The position numbers were made by a program, and so were the translations under genes. 64,000 nt of DNA from Ignisphaera sp. (GTDB taxonomy: Archaea; Thermoproteota; Thermoprotei_A; Sulfolobales; Ignisphaeraceae), in NCBI GenBank assembly GCA_038889075.1, contig JAWAHS010000003.1, forward strand, positions 49,621 to 113,620, read 5' to 3'. Below, piece by piece: positions 60,601 through 64,000 of this stretch (positions are counted from its first letter, which is position 1; every line of letters begins with the position of its first letter). The notes below the pieces were generated by a model. It was not told the origin of the DNA. It ran no database searches and was given only the letters and a program-made list of their open reading frames with translations.

Positions 60601-62455
60601 AACTAAAGACACCATTTACGATAGTGGTAGAGTTTCTAGTAAGCGATTGGAATACCATTTGCTTTGGTAGATATACTGTAAACATGGGATTTTGTATGCT
60701 GAACCCAGGTGTAGATACCATAAAATACGCATATAGCCTTAAACCTATCGAATTTACATATGCTTTTTTTGAGAGCCATCCATATTCTACGACATTTAAT
60801 ATAGTCTGATTGGGTGGTGTAGATACTGTTACCATCAATGTATAGCTATTTTGAAATTTATAAAATGTATTGGCATCTACTACTGCTATACCATTAACCT
60901 CTAGTCTTACTCTATATGTACCAGCTTCCACATTACTGTTTATCGATATACCTGGGAAGACTAGCATATTCCTACTACCTTTTGGTATATCGATATCTGT
61001 TAGCTTAACGATTTTTGGATAGAAGTTCGAGGGGAATTCAAGTGTTGCCACAAGATCCCTCACATCAACTACATCATAATTTTCAAGGATTACTGCAAAC
61101 CTAATGTTTTCGGAACCCGGGTACACCTCCCTATCAATCCAATAACTATCCGCTACTACAAGATTAACATGTGGTTTATCTATTGAAGCTGTGAAATAAT
61201 ACCTATTTTCACACCAGAATTCTGCACCATTATCTTCACCAAATATTACCAGTCTCAATTCAATATCAGTCCTGTCTACCATACCAATATTTATCGGACG
61301 GGAATACAGTGTGACTGTATCACCATAATTTACCACCTGGTTGTAGATGCTAACAGCACTCTTTGTGCCATTGACAAAGTTTGCCCCTTGTGATAGTATT
61401 GTATAGTATGCAACAATATTTCTTACAATTTTAAAGTCCTTATTTATTATTGTAACATAGAACCTTGTCTGAACAGCATTCTCAACGATCTTTACACTTT
61501 CAAATCCGTAATCGAGAACCTCCAAGTTGATGGGAGACGGCGTTGTAAGTGTAATAGTGAATGTCTTTGTTTCACTAGAGTCGTATACCACATTATCATC
61601 AGTACTCATTGTAGCATCCAGAACTAGCTCTATAGTATATGGTACACTTGGATCAGCAGCAGAGGTAATAGATATTGGCCCTAGAGTTATTGTAGCTGTT
61701 GAATACTTATTTAAAGTAGGGACTCTAAACCTTATACTGCTAGGTGTAAATGTACCATATTGCAGATTTGCAATACCGTTAGCCTGTAATATCGTTGAAT
61801 CTCCAACATTCTTCAAGACAATATAAAGATAGACATTTTGTGAACCTGGATAGGCTTCCGGACTCCAGTACCAATCAATAACATCTATATTGATTTCTGG
61901 ATACATCTCAACTAGTATAGTAATACCCTCTATAGTTTCCGTATATGGAATGCTTTCACCATTAACCTTATAATAGTGTACCACCATAGTAATAGGATAG
62001 CTACCGGGAGAAACATTTGGCCCAACATCTAACCGGTATCTGAAGATCACTACATCGTTCCGCTTTACACTACTAACTACTGTATTATTTGGTGAATATG
62101 GTGAGGAACAATATGAAGCACCTCTAGATACTGTAAACCCATTCGGAAGCTGCAGACATGCTGAAGAGACGATAGCATCCTTCTCGGCTATGTACTGTAT
62201 ATTTACGTTCAGCTCAACATTTTTGCTACCAGGATATATGTTATCTGTACCCGCTGACGATTTATAGCTGTATGTAATTAATTGAAAATCGTTATTATAA
62301 GCTACTGCAAAATATGTATAGGTTTCCATAGTTGGAATAAATAGTACAACTAGCAGCAACAGTGTCCAAAGCCTTACTTTAATACCTAACATCATTATCG
62401 CCCGTAATGGTACTCCCTTAATGCCATCTAATTCGTGTAGAACTTTTAGAAACAC
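57695..62455 (-). CDS. Giant COG1361-like surface protein with tandem Ig-like repeats and C-terminal TM anchor (true start probably ~62395)
   Basis: Signal peptide; recurrent W..(Y)PG..N units; GDIDP..QS.F and YRD in last domain; C-terminal TM plus basic tail. Confidence 0.8.
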   Translation of the reverse strand: MFLKVLHELDGIKGVPLRAIMMLGIKVRLWTLLLLVVLFIPTMETYTYFAVAYNNDFQLITYSYKSSAGTDNIYPGSKNVELNVNIQYIAEKDAIVSSACLQLPNGFTVSRGASYCSSPYSPNNTVVSSVKRNDVVIFRYRLDVGPNVSPGSYPITMVVHYYKVNGESIPYTETIEGITILVEMYPEINIDVIDWYWSPEAYPGSQNVYLYIVLKNVGDSTILQANGIANLQYGTFTPSSIRFRVPTLNKYSTATITLGPISITSAADPSVPYTIELVLDATMSTDDNVVYDSSETKTFTITLTTPSPINLEVLDYGFESVKIVENAVQTRFYVTIINKDFKIVRNIVAYYTILSQGANFVNGTKSAVSIYNQVVNYGDTVTLYSRPINIGMVDRTDIELRLVIFGEDNGAEFWCENRYYFTASIDKPHVNLVVADSYWIDREVYPGSENIRFAVILENYDVVDVRDLVATLEFPSNFYPKIVKLTDIDIPKGSRNMLVFPGISINSNVEAGTYRVRLEVNGIAVVDANTFYKFQNSYTLMVTVSTPPNQTILNVVEYGWLSKKAYVNSIGLRLYAYFMVSTPGFSIQNPMFTVYLPKQMVFQSLTRNSTTIVNGVFSYGQTIYVEVPNIDIIAHDEGVYPIVVRVRGLTTGSQSFWYDGTFSLLLPVYNPRLNVTLVDSGWQNDIVSSTTSGATAYLTLQSLNIDTISSLIIQLEFDGINVRFIDGRNRSITTLAGPINYGNTFTAIFTDIEVNGTHINRIVARVSLIGIIQSYGMYYRVKEDYIVELCMLPVLKVFVIGAIHTQYGGVYAPLLPSARSISINIDLVNIKTYSISWMRPKAYYTPHIIRVNDISGTCLYGSAPSGTCSLVLNVDVEPSARPYNYTIVIEVEYGIQRGNAIAIYSDVLEIPIAIASYNYYKSGVRPTTWYWGIQTPVRVLEGQRNVPLTVIVTNGGPHPVNGVEVELEPIDKNVTMLNRRAVCTPVLNVGGSCSTTLYVDLSNVSTDRIEFYVNIYYIFTLYGTNISDRTGYNISLYIDRGASGKGLEIVDWGWLNDWPAYPNTNNATYFITAVNNWPYRVSGVKLVLSLPNGFSSKEGDRVTSYIPGPINSLQQFTATFQINIGDIEPGRYDATLMMEYIVETGTPNTAIIEKHPVKILVNDPSDSISVVSVQWIGATPELGTYGAMLAIAIRNNYNPLIKGAILELHLPKGFTYSATNQSYAKIPATNMNVAEYYTISPIGYQQTIMNYISQIIQQGSIGQSFEYGSLMYFYVKLNVLIDKPGIYPAKAYLNFIDHWNCIRRIPLEIDITVLGSTKIVDITTPIKVKVVNGTSLLSIGIINIGSSPLYNLYIYLVPYTSMLLPHGNIKYIDFLPPNNVVYISYNLVYNPMAIAMGAAQTYMRYMSIPFGITVVYRDASGFMQYFNTSVSILLEPFIDLRLEDVRAIISGGVLRVSGIVVNYGIATARSVEARINVDGELVRTLVGDIDPASQSAFRIEARVERLPNDVTLSIVYRDEYYIENVLERRISFTVETPTTTYIQQGQPLQLNHILVIVAVSLFLLVMALIFYRYMKRVAVQQSVYKG

Positions 62456-62657
62456 CAGGTAATAAGGTTTTACAATACCACTTCCTAATTTTCAGTCAGA
62501 GAATTCTATACCTAAGCTAAGCATGGTTATACTACAAACTAGATTATTTGATGTTCTGTAGGAGGGAAATGCAAAAAATTTATATAGTTCATAAAGGTAA
62601 GAGAGTCGCTGATCTTATTAGATTAGGTTACTTATATGGTTTGATAGTATAAATGAG

Positions 62658-62957
62658 GTGAATAGATGGATGGATAAAGGTAGTGAAGAGCTTGTTGTGA
62701 TAAGCGTTATTGGTGCTGATAGACCTGGCATAGTCGCTGGAATTACCACAGTTCTTGCCAAACACAATGTAAACATTGTTGATATTGCACAGACCGTAGT
62801 GAGAGGTATATTCAGTATGATCATGATTGTAGATCTCTCAACAGGGAATATAAGTCTATCAAAGCTTAGAGAGGAACTGTCGATGAAGGGTAGGGAATTG
62901 GGTGTCGAAGTTAGCGTAAACCACATAGATGTATTTAAGGCTATGCAAAGGGTGTAG
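62658..62957 (+). CDS. ACT-domain protein (UPF0237)
   Basis: VISVIGADRPGIVA, NIVDIAQT, F.AMQR. Confidence 0.92.
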   Translation: MNRWMDKGSEELVVISVIGADRPGIVAGITTVLAKHNVNIVDIAQTVVRGIFSMIMIVDLSTGNISLSKLREELSMKGRELGVEVSVNHIDVFKAMQRV

Positions 62958-62960
62958 ATC

Positions 62961-64000
62961 TTGCCGAGAATTTTTAGTCCTGAGGAAATAAGTGAAGTTG
63001 TTGAGATGCTTCTATTCCAGGATCTTGATATAAGATCTGTGACCTTAAGTTTAAATCTGCAAGACTGTATTTCAGCTACCGAATCTGTAATTACTTCATG
63101 TATAGAGGAGAAGGTTGGGCTATATTCTAAAAGGCTTACCAAAGCTGTTAATAACGTATCTGAAAAGTATGGAATAAAAATAGTAACCAAAAGAATTGCC
63201 GTAACGCCAATATCAATCATTGTTGAGCCTATAGCTAGAAAAAGTTTTGAGGAAGCCTGTAGCACTGCAATAAACATTGCCAAGTCTTTAGATAGGATAG
63301 CTATATCAAGTCAAATCGATTACATTGGAGGATACGCCGCATTCGTCCACAAGGGTTTTACCCAAGGTGATAGAGTCGTGATAGAGACCCTGCCTAGAGT
63401 TTTAGCTACGACACAGACTGTTGCCGCCATGGTGAATGCTGCATCTACCGCTACGGGAATCAATGTAGATGCTGTAATAGATGTAAGTAGAAAAATTGTA
63501 GAGACAGCATATAGTACACCTAAAGGCACAGGCTGTGCACGATTTACAGTTATGGCCAATGCCCCGGAAGACAATCCGTTTATACCAGGAGCATACCATG
63601 GTCTTGGAGAACCGGAGGCTACCATAAATGTAGCTGTAAGCGGTCCTGGGGTTATAGAGGCTACCATAAATAAACTTGGTGATAATGTAGATATGCGGAC
63701 ACTGCATGATACCATAAAGAGAGCAGCTTTTAAGATAACTAGACTTGGTGAACTAATTGGTAGAGAAGTTGCAAAAGAACTAGGTATTCAATTCGGTATA
63801 GTAGATCTTTCCCTAGCTCCTTCACCAAAGATAGGTGATAGTGTTGCTAGAATACTCGAGGCTATGGGTCTCGAATATGCAGGGGCTCCTGGTAGCCTTG
63901 CAGCACTGTATATTCTTACTGATGCTGTTAAGAAAGGTGGTACAATGGCAACGTCAAGCATAGGCGGTTTAAGTGGAGCATTCATTCCTGTAAGTGAAGA
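62961..64000 (+). CDS. PFL-like / DUF711 (UPF0210) protein, runs off window
   Basis: Manual translation from TTG: MPRIFSPEEISEVVEMLLFQDLDIRSVTLSL...KRIAVTP...NAPEDNPFIPGAYHG...VDLSLAP...GGLSGAFIPVSE; canonical ACT+DUF711 pair. Confidence 0.92.
   Translation, partial: MPRIFSPEEISEVVEMLLFQDLDIRSVTLSLNLQDCISATESVITSCIEEKVGLYSKRLTKAVNNVSEKYGIKIVTKRIAVTPISIIVEPIARKSFEEACSTAINIAKSLDRIAISSQIDYIGGYAAFVHKGFTQGDRVVIETLPRVLATTQTVAAMVNAASTATGINVDAVIDVSRKIVETAYSTPKGTGCARFTVMANAPEDNPFIPGAYHGLGEPEATINVAVSGPGVIEATINKLGDNVDMRTLHDTIKRAAFKITRLGELIGREVAKELGIQFGIVDLSLAPSPKIGDSVARILEAMGLEYAGAPGSLAALYILTDAVKKGGTMATSSIGGLSGAFIPVSE

Noticed and set aside
62618-63985. Minus-strand ORFs of 221, 131, 101 and 65 aa
   Set aside because: Antisense to the ACT and DUF711 genes

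Overview
AT-rich (roughly 35% GC by eye), gene-dense chromosomal segment of a crenarchaeon (Thermoproteota; Cren7, archaeal ThrRS, RadA, AGOG; gene style suggests Desulfurococcales, possibly Ignisphaera-like). It is mostly housekeeping and metabolic: tRNA-Arg(CCT), nfo, archease, nadE, radA, thrS, mvk, purA, pyk, GH4, several ABC transporters, MoaD-MoaE, MoxR/VWA and a giant COG1361-like surface protein. I found no CRISPR array, rRNA or intact mobile element. The ORF track does not show at least four clean C/D-box guide sRNAs, a larger atypical K-turn RNA, or probable non-canonical ATT/ATA start codons. The most novel-looking proteins are a winged-helix protein fused to a degenerate dUTPase/dCTP-deaminase-like domain, and a queuosine-salvage(Qng1)-like glycosylase with an EndoIII-type Fe-S motif next to a nucleoside-type BMP ABC transporter and a RACo corrinoid activator. 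All family calls come from motif recognition; no searches were run.
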